Assembly: GCA_043825735.1 (NCBI GenBank)
Contig: JBDRRP010000044.1
Location: forward strand, 1-63,740
Reading direction: 5' to 3'
Source: Pseudomonadota bacterium
Lineage (GTDB): Bacteria > Desulfobacterota > Desulfobacteria > Desulfobacterales > JBDRRP01
DNA length: 63,740 bases
Each line of letters begins with the position of its first letter. Positions within the stretch are counted from its first letter, which is position 1. This document shows, in pieces, positions 51,293 through 60,916 of this stretch. The position numbers and the translations under genes are program-made. The notes beneath the pieces were generated by a model. That model was given only the letters and a program-made list of their open reading frames with translations, did no database searches and was not told the origin of the DNA.

Positions 51293-53260
51293 ATGACCCC
51301 ACGACGGATACGCAGTCGAAAGGAACCGATCCATAAATGGCTTCGGGGCGCTGCCCTCATGACCCTATTGTGTGTTCGGGCCGTTGCCGTGGACATCGAT
51401 GAGGTCAGGGCGTCCTCGAGCATGTACTCCCAAGCGCCTGAGTTGGCCGAGCAGGTGCAAGCCGGCCGATTGCCCATGATTGATGAGCGCCTGCCGCTGA
51501 ATCCCCTGGTGATTCAACCGCTCGAGCGCGTCGGGGTATTTGGCGGAACATGGCATTTGGGAATGAAACGGCAAAGGGATCACGGTCTTTTCATACGATA
51601 TATCGCCTATGAAAACTTGTTGCGGTGGGATCCGAGGTGGACCAAGGTGATTCCCAATGTGGCTCAGTCCTTTGAGACGAACACCGATGCGAGCACCTAC
51701 ACCTTCAGACTCCGGCGCAACATGAAATGGTCAGATGGTCACCCCTTTACCGCCGATGACATCATGTTCTGGTATGAAGACGTCCTGCTTGACAAGACAT
51801 TGACGCCAAAACCCCCCAGTGCTCTGGTCGTCAACGGCAAACTCGTCAAGGTCATTAAAATCGATGACTTCACGGTGAAATTCATTTTTGACGATTCCTA
51901 CGGTCTTTTCCCCCAAATATTGGCCCAGCCCCATCTTGTTGATGCGACGGCGTATCCAAGGCATTACTTGAAGCAGTTTCACCCGCGACACAACCCAGCC
52001 GTTGCCGAGCGGGACCGAAAGGAGACAGCGGCCGGCGGGGTGGCGTTGTTTCGTGCCAAATTCGGTGCACCGTTGACCATCGATGATCCTTCCCGATGGC
52101 AAAATCCGGAATTGCCGGTCTTGAATGCATGGGTCCAGGAAACCCCCTACGCGCACGATCTGGACAGGGTGCGCTTCAAACGCAATCCGTACTACTGGAA
52201 AGTGGATACGGCCGGCAACCAGCTGCCCTACATTGACCGGGTCGAATGCGCCATCAGGGATACCGCCGAAGAAATTGCCAACCTGGCTGTCGAAGGCCGC
52301 ATCGACATGCAGCGTCGGGGAATGGATTCAGTGCCGAAAACGGACTTTGAAAAAACGATGCGGGAACATGATTTCGATTTTTTCGAAACGCTTTCCTCGT
52401 TCAGCAATACGATGGTGATAGCACTCAACCTGACACATCCGGATGCGCAAAAAAGGGCCATCTATCAAAACAAGGAGTTTCGTATCGGCCTGTCGCATGC
52501 CATCGATCGCGGAAAAATCATCGATACTGTCCCGGGCATGCACGGGCAGCCCGCCCAGGTTGCCCCGCGGCCGGAAACCCCTTTTTACGACAAGCGCTTT
52601 TCCGATCAATTCACCCGCTTTGATGTTCAACTGGCCAACCGCCATTTGGATGGCGCCGGGATTTCTCGGGTGGACGCACAGGGGTTTCGCCTGGATTCGA
52701 AGGGCAATCATATTCGTGTCGTCATTGAATACACCGATTTCCAAACCGGTTGGGCCAACGCAGCGGAATCGGTGGCCGCGGACTGGCGGGCGGTAGGCAT
52801 CGAGGCCGTCGCCCAAAAATACACACGGGATGTGCTGTACACCCGAAAGGCCGACAATCTTCACGACGCCGTCATTTGGATCGGTGACGGCGGCCTTTCC
52901 GTAATTCTCGAACCACGCTGGTATCTGCCCTACTCTCACGAGTCCAATTTTGCACCGCTTTGGCAACGATGGTACAATGGGGACCCTCGCGGGGAAACGC
53001 CTCCGGGAGCGGTAAAAAGACAGATGGCGCTGTATGACCAAATCAAGGCGACGGCAGATGCGCAAAAACAAAGCCGACTGATGAAAGAGATTCTCGATAT
53101 CGCCAGGGATCAGTTCTATGTCATGGGCATCAGTCTGCCGACGTCAAGCATCGGGATCGTAAAGAACAATTTTCACAACGTTCCGGCGGTGCTGCCGTAT
53201 AGCTGGATCTATCCAACCCCGGCGCCGACCAATCCGTGCCAGTATTTCATAGCACCGTAG
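51293..53260 (+). CDS. ABC transporter substrate-binding protein (family 5), no permease nearby
   Basis: LPMIDERLP.NP, KWSDGHPFTADD, RNPYYWKVDTAGNQLPYID; start approximate. Confidence 0.88.
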   Translation: MTPRRIRSRKEPIHKWLRGAALMTLLCVRAVAVDIDEVRASSSMYSQAPELAEQVQAGRLPMIDERLPLNPLVIQPLERVGVFGGTWHLGMKRQRDHGLFIRYIAYENLLRWDPRWTKVIPNVAQSFETNTDASTYTFRLRRNMKWSDGHPFTADDIMFWYEDVLLDKTLTPKPPSALVVNGKLVKVIKIDDFTVKFIFDDSYGLFPQILAQPHLVDATAYPRHYLKQFHPRHNPAVAERDRKETAAGGVALFRAKFGAPLTIDDPSRWQNPELPVLNAWVQETPYAHDLDRVRFKRNPYYWKVDTAGNQLPYIDRVECAIRDTAEEIANLAVEGRIDMQRRGMDSVPKTDFEKTMREHDFDFFETLSSFSNTMVIALNLTHPDAQKRAIYQNKEFRIGLSHAIDRGKIIDTVPGMHGQPAQVAPRPETPFYDKRFSDQFTRFDVQLANRHLDGAGISRVDAQGFRLDSKGNHIRVVIEYTDFQTGWANAAESVAADWRAVGIEAVAQKYTRDVLYTRKADNLHDAVIWIGDGGLSVILEPRWYLPYSHESNFAPLWQRWYNGDPRGETPPGAVKRQMALYDQIKATADAQKQSRLMKEILDIARDQFYVMGISLPTSSIGIVKNNFHNVPAVLPYSWIYPTPAPTNPCQYFIAP

Positions 53261-53347
53261 AAAATGAATGCCATGGCTGGAGAAGGCCTCATTTCGCGGG
53301 TCGCACAACGAGGGGGCGCAACAAGCAACGTTTGACGGGTTCAAGGC

Positions 53348-55852
53348 ATGCGCGAAACGGCCAATCGAAATACATCGCAGGAAAACGACGTCACGCCCAC
53401 GCGGGCGGCGGATCGCCAGGACGGACGCATGCGCTTTTTCAACCGAATCGCATTCAAGGTCTGCTCGATCATCATATTGGTTGAACTGGCCGTCTTCGTT
53501 GTCACCGGTGTTTACTACGTGTCACATTTTTCCGAAGAAATGGAAAAACGCGTCCGCACGGAGATACAAACCCCGGGCCTGCTGATCAGCCAGGGCGTGT
53601 TGACCTACGATGCCGTTGAAGAAAAGGCCATCCTTAAAAAAATCGTCGGCAGCGAGTTTGAAGACGGGTTGATCGTTGGATTGAACAGGCGCGTTTTTTA
53701 CGCCACCAACAAGGAATACGTGGGGCGCTCCATTGATGAGATTCCATCGCTCGCGGTGAAAAGCGATGTTTTCGATTTTTCCACCACCGTGCCGAAAATC
53801 GTCTCCGAAAAGGATGATAGAGAAAAATTTCTGCACTGTTTTTCACCCCTCTTTGCGGCGGACGGCAAGACGCCTCGGTTTTTTCTCTACCTCAAACTCG
53901 ACACTACCTGGATCCAGCAGCAAAAACGCCAACTGGCCGTTTTCTTTGCGATCAGCTCCATGGTCTGCATTCTGGTGACTTCCGTTTTTATCCTTTTTGT
54001 ATTGAACGGTTTTATCTTTTCCAAACTGGCTCGTTTGACCAAGGCCTACGATGCCGTCAAACAAGGCGTCTTCAAAAACGTGCTCCCCGGCAAGATGCTG
54101 GGATCTAAAGATGAGATCGGGGTGTTGTCCCGGGCCTTCAGCGTCATGACCGAAAATCTCAGCGAGACAACCACTTCGATCGATAATCTCAACAAGGAGA
54201 TCCACCTGCGCGAACAGGCCGAACGAAAATTGATGACGGCCAAAGAAACCGCCGAAGAGGCAACCGAGGCCAAAAGCCTGTTTTTGGCCAATATGAGCCA
54301 CGAAATCCGGACGCCGCTCAACGGGGTGCTGGGCATGACGGATCTGCTGTTGGGCACCCCGCTGAACGAAAAGCAAACCGATTTTGCCCAAATCATAAAA
54401 AACAGCGGTCAGGCCTTGCTGTCGGTGATCAACGACATTTTGGATTATTCCAAGATTGAAGCCGGCAAGCTCGATTTCGAGACGACCGATTTCCATGTGA
54501 GAAGCACGCTCGAGGATATTACGGTGTCGCTGGCTTTATGCGCGCATTCCAAAGGCATCGAACTGGTCTCCCACCTGCCCCATGACGTCCCGACCTTTCT
54601 CCGGGGTGATCCCGTAAGGTTTCGCCAGGTGATAACGAACCTGGCCAATAACGCGCTCAAGTTTACGGCAAAGGGCGAGGTCGTGATCAGAATCGACCTT
54701 TTGGAAGAAAACGAAACGGCGGCGACCCTACGCGTTTCGGTGACCGATACGGGTATCGGGATCCCTGCCGATCGTCTGGGATGTCTTTTCCAGTCCTTTT
54801 CCCAGGTGGACCCTTCGAACACGCGCACCTATGGCGGAACCGGGCTGGGGCTGGCCATATCCAAAAAACTGTGTGAAATGATGGGCGGGCAGATCGGTGT
54901 CAACAGCCAGCACGGGAAAGGCTCGGAATTCTGGTTCACGGCGGTGTTTGAAAAAGCCTCCTCACAGCCGGACGAAAAGCCGCTGCAGCCCCATGCCATC
55001 CGGGGAAAACGGGTGTTGGTTGTTGACGATAACGCCACCAATAGAAAGGTCATCAGCACGCAGCTCTCATCCTGGGGGTGCCTCTTCGAGGAGGCCGCCG
55101 ATGGTGCTGTGGCGCTCGACATGCTGCTTGCTGCCGCGAACAACGGTCAGCCCTACGACATCGCCATTGTAGATATGCTGATGCCGGTCATGGACGGTGC
55201 CATGCTGGGATTGAAAATCAAGGGTGATCCGTTACTGCGAACAACGCGTCTTGTCATGCTCACCTCTTTGGGACAGCACGGCGATTCGACGCGAATGAAA
55301 GCCATCGGATTTTCCGCCTGCCTTACGAAACCCATAAAACAGGCGCATCTTTTCGCCAGCCTCAACGCCGCCGTGAGAGACGGCCGCCCAGAAAACGAAC
55401 CCCGGCATATCGCCCTGAATGTTCACAACGCTTTTTCAAGCGGGCCGGGAAAAGACATTCGCATCCTTGTTGCCGAAGACAATAAGATCAATCAGAAAGT
55501 CATCATGAACGTCCTGTCAAAAACCGGATGCAAGGTCGATGTCGTATCCAATGGCGCGGAGGTTATCGAAGCGCTATCGCGCCGAAGCTATCACATTGTT
55601 TTGATGGACGTGCAAATGCCGATAATGGATGGCATTGAGGCTACGGCGCACATCCGAGATCCGCGCTCACCCGTGATAAACCATGACATTCCCATCATTG
55701 CGTTGACCGCTTATGCCATGAAAGGCGACCGCGAAAAATGCGAGTCCGCCGGAATGAACGACTATGCCGTCAAACCGATTGATCCTGAAGAATTATTCGA
55801 AACGATAAGAAAATGGACCGCCCTAAATCCGCCATTTCTGGATGGGCAGTAG
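53348..55852 (+). CDS. Hybrid sensor histidine kinase (2 TM-HAMP-HisKA-HATPase-REC-REC)
   Basis: FLANMSHEIRTPLNG, GGTGLGLAI, two receivers. Confidence 0.92.
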   Translation: MRETANRNTSQENDVTPTRAADRQDGRMRFFNRIAFKVCSIIILVELAVFVVTGVYYVSHFSEEMEKRVRTEIQTPGLLISQGVLTYDAVEEKAILKKIVGSEFEDGLIVGLNRRVFYATNKEYVGRSIDEIPSLAVKSDVFDFSTTVPKIVSEKDDREKFLHCFSPLFAADGKTPRFFLYLKLDTTWIQQQKRQLAVFFAISSMVCILVTSVFILFVLNGFIFSKLARLTKAYDAVKQGVFKNVLPGKMLGSKDEIGVLSRAFSVMTENLSETTTSIDNLNKEIHLREQAERKLMTAKETAEEATEAKSLFLANMSHEIRTPLNGVLGMTDLLLGTPLNEKQTDFAQIIKNSGQALLSVINDILDYSKIEAGKLDFETTDFHVRSTLEDITVSLALCAHSKGIELVSHLPHDVPTFLRGDPVRFRQVITNLANNALKFTAKGEVVIRIDLLEENETAATLRVSVTDTGIGIPADRLGCLFQSFSQVDPSNTRTYGGTGLGLAISKKLCEMMGGQIGVNSQHGKGSEFWFTAVFEKASSQPDEKPLQPHAIRGKRVLVVDDNATNRKVISTQLSSWGCLFEEAADGAVALDMLLAAANNGQPYDIAIVDMLMPVMDGAMLGLKIKGDPLLRTTRLVMLTSLGQHGDSTRMKAIGFSACLTKPIKQAHLFASLNAAVRDGRPENEPRHIALNVHNAFSSGPGKDIRILVAEDNKINQKVIMNVLSKTGCKVDVVSNGAEVIEALSRRSYHIVLMDVQMPIMDGIEATAHIRDPRSPVINHDIPIIALTAYAMKGDREKCESAGMNDYAVKPIDPEELFETIRKWTALNPPFLDGQ

Positions 55853-55891
55853 AACCTATCTCAAAAAAAGTTTTTTTTAAGATAGGTTCTA
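55849..55891. terminator. Inverted repeat between convergent genes
   Basis: TAGAACCTATCT-CAAAAAAAGTTTTTTTTA-AGATAGGTTCTA. Confidence 0.6.
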
Positions 55892-55922
55892 CCCCGTTTC
55901 GACGATTCACCCTATGGAGACA

Positions 55923-57014
55923 TCAATTTCGTCGTCGTCTCATCAGAACCCGTAGGCTGTCCTGCATGCGCTGAATCGAAGTGGCCAGAGCGCCGATTTC
56001 GTCTCGGGGGTAATCGGCCTCGATTTCAGCACCCAAATCGCCGACACTGATCCGCTCGGCCACATTGGTCAGGCTGCGCAGCCGAGTGGTCAGACGGTTG
56101 CCGTATAGCGCTACGACGCTGCCGATGAGTACCAGGGTGATACCGAAGATCGTGTATATGATTAGCTGCATGTGCGCCGTCACCGAATCGGCCCGTTTCT
56201 GCAGATCATTGACGTCCTCGGTGAACTCGTCCATGTAGGTGGTTGCCGCCACAATGAATGGCGTGCCGGTCACCGGCGTGCAAGCCATGTACTTTTCCCG
56301 GAAACTGCCGTCCTTATCCTGCCAGGTGTAATAGCCTTCCGATTCCTTCTCGGTGCTGGCTCCCGAATAGATCTTCCAGAAACCATCAAAATTCTTGCCG
56401 AGAGGATTTTTCAGCTTGGTCATGTCTATCCCGAGAATTTTCGGGTTTGTATGAGACCATGTCTTCCATATACCCTCGGCATCGGGCACCGCATACAAGG
56501 CGGAATACCCGGTCTTGCCGACCTCCTGGACCGCGATGCGCTTGAACTCCGGATGTTTGTCGAACATTTCCCGGGGCAGATCGTTACTGTCCAGGAACAG
56601 TTTGACTTGAGCCGCCACCGAACGGCTTTTTTCCAAAATGATCCGCTGGCCCAGTTCACTGACGATGGCGCTGCTCTCCTTTGTGATGAGACCGGACAAG
56701 ACCTTCATCTGGGTGAGAAAGAACACCCCCGAAGCGGCAAACAGCCCGATCGGCACTACGAAAAAAAGTAGGGTCATCTTGAAACGAAGCCCAAAGCGAA
56801 TCGGTTCGGCCGCTGGCAGATCAACCGATAGGTCGGCCGTTTCAGCTGAAGGTGCACTGGTAATTTGGCCGCTTTGGGTATCGCTCAGGGAAGCAGGCTT
56901 ACGGGCTGTTACGACGCTGCCGCAGGCCTTACACTTGAATCTGATTGCGTCACCGCTGATCTTGTCCGGGTCGATACGGTAATTTTTCCCGCATTTGCTA
57001 CAACTTGCGATCAC
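55923..57014 (-). CDS. Zinc-ribbon/Cache/HAMP membrane sensor without output domain
   Basis: CSKCGKNY...CKAC, TM, periplasmic domain, TM, HAMP (RDEIGALA) then stop; GGAGG RBS before GTG 57014. Confidence 0.8.
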   Translation of the reverse strand: MIASCSKCGKNYRIDPDKISGDAIRFKCKACGSVVTARKPASLSDTQSGQITSAPSAETADLSVDLPAAEPIRFGLRFKMTLLFFVVPIGLFAASGVFFLTQMKVLSGLITKESSAIVSELGQRIILEKSRSVAAQVKLFLDSNDLPREMFDKHPEFKRIAVQEVGKTGYSALYAVPDAEGIWKTWSHTNPKILGIDMTKLKNPLGKNFDGFWKIYSGASTEKESEGYYTWQDKDGSFREKYMACTPVTGTPFIVAATTYMDEFTEDVNDLQKRADSVTAHMQLIIYTIFGITLVLIGSVVALYGNRLTTRLRSLTNVAERISVGDLGAEIEADYPRDEIGALATSIQRMQDSLRVLMRRRRN

Positions 57015-57137
57015 GATGGTTCCCTCCGTTGAAGGTGTTGTCACAAACGGCTCAAATTCGATGAAAGGCTGCGCATCTGGCCGCTTTCGGTTACGGAAAC
57101 CGATAGCCACTATAAACGTAAGGCGCTTTATCGGTGA

Positions 57138-57608
57138 TTAGGATTCCAGGGCACGGATTTTCTGCAGCATGAACTTTTCAAATGAAGTCTTTTTCTCCGA
57201 TCGACTAATGTCTGCTGCCAGATATTCCACGAGGCTTGCGGCCCGGTTCTTCGGTATTTGGTCATGTGGGTAGCCAAGGTCGGCAATGGTGTCTTCCAGA
57301 AGCATTTTCGCCACCGGACCAACCGCCAATGCCAGGGCCTTGAACAGATCGTTGATGAAGTCAGGGGGAAGAACCGACTCCATTTTCGCTACGGGAACAA
57401 TGAGTTTCATGTTCAGCAGTCTTGAAACCACTTTCAGGAGCTGGATGCCATCAAGATTGAGACGACTGGCGACAGCCGACAGCGGACTTTCGCCGTCAAG
57501 TTCCATGAGCACCTTCAGCATTTGGCCATCCAGTGAGACTTCTCCCGTATTGGTGCTGTTTGTGCGCCGGAAAACGTAATGAGAAAAATCAGCGGGTTTA
57601 GCGGCCAT
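57138..57608 (-). CDS. Hypothetical protein (winged-helix-like N-term + helical C-term)
   Basis: VLMELDG.SPLSAVA..L, ALAVGPVAKMLLED; AGGAG RBS. Confidence 0.72.
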   Translation of the reverse strand: MAAKPADFSHYVFRRTNSTNTGEVSLDGQMLKVLMELDGESPLSAVASRLNLDGIQLLKVVSRLLNMKLIVPVAKMESVLPPDFINDLFKALALAVGPVAKMLLEDTIADLGYPHDQIPKNRAASLVEYLAADISRSEKKTSFEKFMLQKIRALES

Positions 57609-58420
57609 AGCGTTTCTCCTGAGCGGTAATAGCCAGATGCTCGTCTATATCCGAGGGCCTCAGTGCAGATGGATCACTGTTTACGCACTTTTGCGGCTAG
57701 ATCCGAACGCTGCTCTGGGTTTACTCAAGGTATAGCGTTGTCTTCGTTGATCGTATCCAAATTAAATCCGTGGAAGACGCCATCAATCATGGCGCGCAAC
57801 TATCTTGCACAGGATCAGGACCGTTGCGGCATACGCCGCCGTCGGCATCACCCGTTCGCCCGATTGATGAAAATCTTTGCCCGATTGGTTAAGTCTTTGC
57901 CCGATGATGATTGCCTCGGAAAATCCGGTGAATGGAACAGACTGCTTCGCGCCTGCCGGATCCCGAATCACCAATACCTGGAGAAGAAAGCTTGCGCAAA
58001 AGATCAAGCCAATGGAAGGAAGTCAAGCAATTTTTTGATCCGAGACAAAGGGATACCGGCCGAAACCAAAAGTACAAACACCGCGGCCAATATGGAAAAA
58101 ATTTAAATAACAGAAGGATAGGCGATGGCTATGCTATTTGAAGCATCATATTGTGTGCTCTTGGAAGGTGTTAAAATATATTGATGGAATACCAAAAAAG
58201 TGGGGTAAATGGGTATGTTGCTGTGTTTAGATGGGGCGCAAAGGACGTCGAATACGATCTCTTCCCGACCGTTGGCAGCACATAGCTCTGACCCTGAGTA
58301 GACTTGGCCCGGTTGCCGGATTCCTAAGTTGACAGGACGCATTCAATCCAGGATAGTAACGCTGTCCGGCGGCGGCCGCCGCCCCAAGCGGCTATGGCAT
58401 CATTCCAATTGGGGAGTTGG

Positions 58421-58556
58421 GTAGAGTAGAGGGCAGATCAGTCCAATTGACCTCATAGCATTTCGTCGCACGCGACTACTTTGAAATGCAGGCACCAGTA
58501 GCCGATCAGCCCTCCCTCATCAAACCGTGCATGCGATTTTCCTGCACACGGCTTTC
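58421..58556 (-). mobile_element. Group II intron 3' remnant (domains V-VI)
   Basis: GAAAGCCGTGTGCAGGAAAATCGCATGCACGGTTTGATGAGGGAGGG...CCCTCTACTCTAC: AGC triad, DV hairpin, bulged-A DVI, AC end; no RT ORF. Confidence 0.85.
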
Positions 58557-58670
58557 CGAGGTCATACGGTTTCTGGCGTCGTAGTCGTACTCGATGCGCT
58601 GGCCCTTGGCATCGACCACGGCGGTGCGGTTGCCGCCGGCATCGTACTCATAGACCGTTTCCTGGAGCAG
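58555..58670 (-). pseudogene. Rhs/YD-repeat fragment
   Basis: ETVYEYDAGGNRTAVVDAKGQRIEYDYDARNRMTS. Confidence 0.82.
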
Positions 58671-58700
58671 GGGCTTTATGGCCTTTTCAAAGTATTGATC

Positions 58701-58729
58701 TTGACAATGTGTACCTAAATTTGTACATT
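58701..58729 (+). promoter_or_regulatory. TA promoter with overlapping operator
   Basis: TTGACA-N17-TACATT; TGTAC-N8-GTACA inverted repeat. Confidence 0.65.
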
Positions 58730-58735
58730 TCATCC

Positions 58736-59092
58736 CTGAATGCCCTTGGCAAAAAAATATCGGTGCTTTTTTTCAAAAGCGATAATGGAAAGGAACCGGT
58801 AAGAGACTGGCTTTTAGGTTTGCCGGCGGCAGACAGGAAAATTGTTGGCGAGGATATAAAAACCGTCGAGTTTGGATGGCCCATCGGAATGCCAGTTTGC
58901 AGGCCGATTGGGGGGAACCTTTATGAGACAAGATCAACACTCAGTGATGGGACGGAAGCACGCATCCTGTTTACATTGTTCAAAAGCGATATGGTGTTGC
59001 TGAACGGCTTTATTAAAAAAACCCAAAAGACGCCGAAGCGAGAGATGGACATTGCTAAACGGCGTTCGCAAAAATTTAAAACTATAAAGTGA
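58736..59092 (+). CDS. RelE/HigB-like (phage Gp49-type) toxin
   Basis: GKEPVRDWL, GWPIGMP.CR, LYETR, LLNGFIKKTQKTP; start uncertain. Confidence 0.85.
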   Translation: MNALGKKISVLFFKSDNGKEPVRDWLLGLPAADRKIVGEDIKTVEFGWPIGMPVCRPIGGNLYETRSTLSDGTEARILFTLFKSDMVLLNGFIKKTQKTPKREMDIAKRRSQKFKTIK

Positions 59093-59100
59093 GGTCACTC

Positions 59101-59385
59101 ATGAAAAAGCATAAAAACATCGGCAGCAGCTTTGATGAATTTCTGGCAGACGAAGGGATTCTGGAGCATTCCGAAAGTGTCGCCATCAAGCGCACTGTGG
59201 CGTTCCAGATTCAAGAAGAAATGAAAAAATTGAATCTTACGAAAACAATGCTCGCAAAAAAGATGAAAACGAGCCGATCGTCATTAGACCGCCTTCTCGA
59301 CCCGGATGATGAAGCCATCACGGTGAAAACCCTCAAACGCGCGGCAAAGAGCCTTGGCAAAAGAGTTCAGATTCGTCTCGTCTGA
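59101..59385 (+). CDS. XRE-family HTH antitoxin
   Basis: IGSSFDEFL, LAKKMKTSRSSLDRLLDP. Confidence 0.85.
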   Translation: MKKHKNIGSSFDEFLADEGILEHSESVAIKRTVAFQIQEEMKKLNLTKTMLAKKMKTSRSSLDRLLDPDDEAITVKTLKRAAKSLGKRVQIRLV

Positions 59386-59633
59386 AAGGCCCGGCAGCAT
59401 CTGTGCATTTGGCAGGTCAGGTTTACGCTCAGGAGTGTTACCCAATTTTCTTAACTCTGCGGTGGCATCATCTGGTGGTTAGGACAATATGGGTGCGGCC
59501 ACCCTGGGCGATTTCTATTGGCCGAGACTAACAAATTGTCTGCGGGTGGGATCGGTGGTATATTGTTTTACCAGGATGAAACCGATTGAACTTTGAGGAA
59601 AAGCCACTCTGCCCAGTGAGGAGTGTAAATCAA

Positions 59634-59879
59634 ATGGAAACAGACAAACTCTCTTACGAAATATCCAGCTTGCCTCCGGCCGCCCAGAAACAGGTGAAGG
59701 ACTTTATTGCCTTTCTTCGCGACCGTTATGCCAAGCAAGCAAAGCCGAAATCCAAGAGAGCTGCCGATATCGCATCCCAATCCTTTATTGGCATATGGAA
59801 GGATCGTGAGGATATGAAAGACAGAACCGGCTGGGTCCGATCCGCAAGAAAAACCGAGTGGAGTGAACCCGGCGCCTGA
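59634..59879 (+). CDS. DUF2281-like antitoxin (orphan)
   Basis: ISSLPPAAQKQVKDFIAFL...FIGIWKDREDM; GAGGAG RBS. Confidence 0.75.
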   Translation: METDKLSYEISSLPPAAQKQVKDFIAFLRDRYAKQAKPKSKRAADIASQSFIGIWKDREDMKDRTGWVRSARKTEWSEPGA

Positions 59880-59952
59880 ATACGTTTATGAATCTAATTG
59901 AACGCCCGGCTTCCGAGACCCAGGACCAGACTGCAGCCAGTTGAGCGGGCAT

Positions 59953-60279
59953 ATGAATGAAGCGACAGATATTTTAAAGCGGATTCGTCAAAGTGCGGCT
60001 AAAAGAATACTATTTCTGCCGCATGCGATCAGGCAGATGTCAAAGCCGGATAGAATGATCAGCACTGGCGATATTCGTGCAGTGATCGAGAGTGGTAAAG
60101 TAATCGAGGACTATCCCGAAGATTTAAGGGGGCAGAGCTGCTTGATATTGGGCTTTACCGACAATCGCTTTTTGCATGTTGTCTGTGCACCGAAGAATGA
60201 TTATTTAGCTATCATTACAGCCTATCTTCCCAGCGACCAGGAGTGGGAAGATAATTATAGCAAAAGGATGAGCTCATGA
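59953..60279 (+). CDS. DUF4258 domain protein (putative toxin)
   Basis: FLPHAIRQM, IEDYPED.RG.SCLILG, LHVVC, IITAYLP...W. Confidence 0.82.
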   Translation: MNEATDILKRIRQSAAKRILFLPHAIRQMSKPDRMISTGDIRAVIESGKVIEDYPEDLRGQSCLILGFTDNRFLHVVCAPKNDYLAIITAYLPSDQEWEDNYSKRMSS

Positions 60280-60488
60280 AGTGCATGCATTGCCAGGGAC
60301 AAATGAAAAAAGGCGTGGCACCATTTCATATTGATCGCCAGGAGTACCATTTAACACTGGATGCCGTTCCCGCCTGGGTGTGTCAACAATGCGGCGAGGT
60401 CTATTTTGATGAACCTGAAGTGAACTCGATTCAAGAGATCATCCGGGCCGTTGAAGACCGGACCAAAAAGCTAACCGTTGCTGCATAG
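60276..60488 (+). CDS. YgiT-type zinc finger protein (putative antitoxin)
   Basis: MKCMHC...VPAWVCQQCGEVY; ATGA overlap. Confidence 0.85.
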   Translation: MKCMHCQGQMKKGVAPFHIDRQEYHLTLDAVPAWVCQQCGEVYFDEPEVNSIQEIIRAVEDRTKKLTVAA

Positions 60489-60726
60489 CCCAACCTCAAG
60501 TGGTACGTCTGCGCCAGAGATACAAGGCGCCAACAGCATCGGCGCCTGGCTGCCAAAAAACCTCATGATGGCAGACCTGCGCCCCCCCCAAAAAACAAAA
60601 CCCAGTGGAGGAAGAAATTCCTTATCTGTTTAGAAACTTAAAGCTCTTAGAGTATCCTTAATAACCCCGTCATACCGGACCCCGATCCGGTATCCAGTCG
60701 GTTCTCACCGGTTTCCTCGATAAGGC

Positions 60727-60789
60727 GTATGTGTATGCAGTGACGTTGCCCGCCCCGTCGGTGGCGCTGGTGATGCGGCCGTATTTGCC
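60727..60789 (-). pseudogene. Second Rhs/YD-repeat fragment
   Basis: Minus strand reads KYGRITSATDGAGNVTAYTY. Confidence 0.65.
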
Positions 60790-60830
60790 TTAGAGTGACT
60801 ATAGCTAATCATGCGGACAACAGATATGCA

Positions 60831-60868
60831 GGTTGACAAAAGCCATAAATATTGCAATATTGTCAACC
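60831..60868 (+). promoter_or_regulatory. Promoter/operator inverted repeat
   Basis: GGTTGACAA-N20-TTGTCAACC containing a TTGACA -35. Confidence 0.7.
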
Positions 60869-60916
60869 AATGAAGCCGATTGCCATGAGGCTAATAATTC
60901 GAGGGAGGAAGAAACA

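Noticed and set aside
57663..58342. Short ORFs or a c-di-GMP riboswitch
   Set aside because: No protein motifs; GGGGCGCAAAG is present but the rest of the GEMM structure is not.
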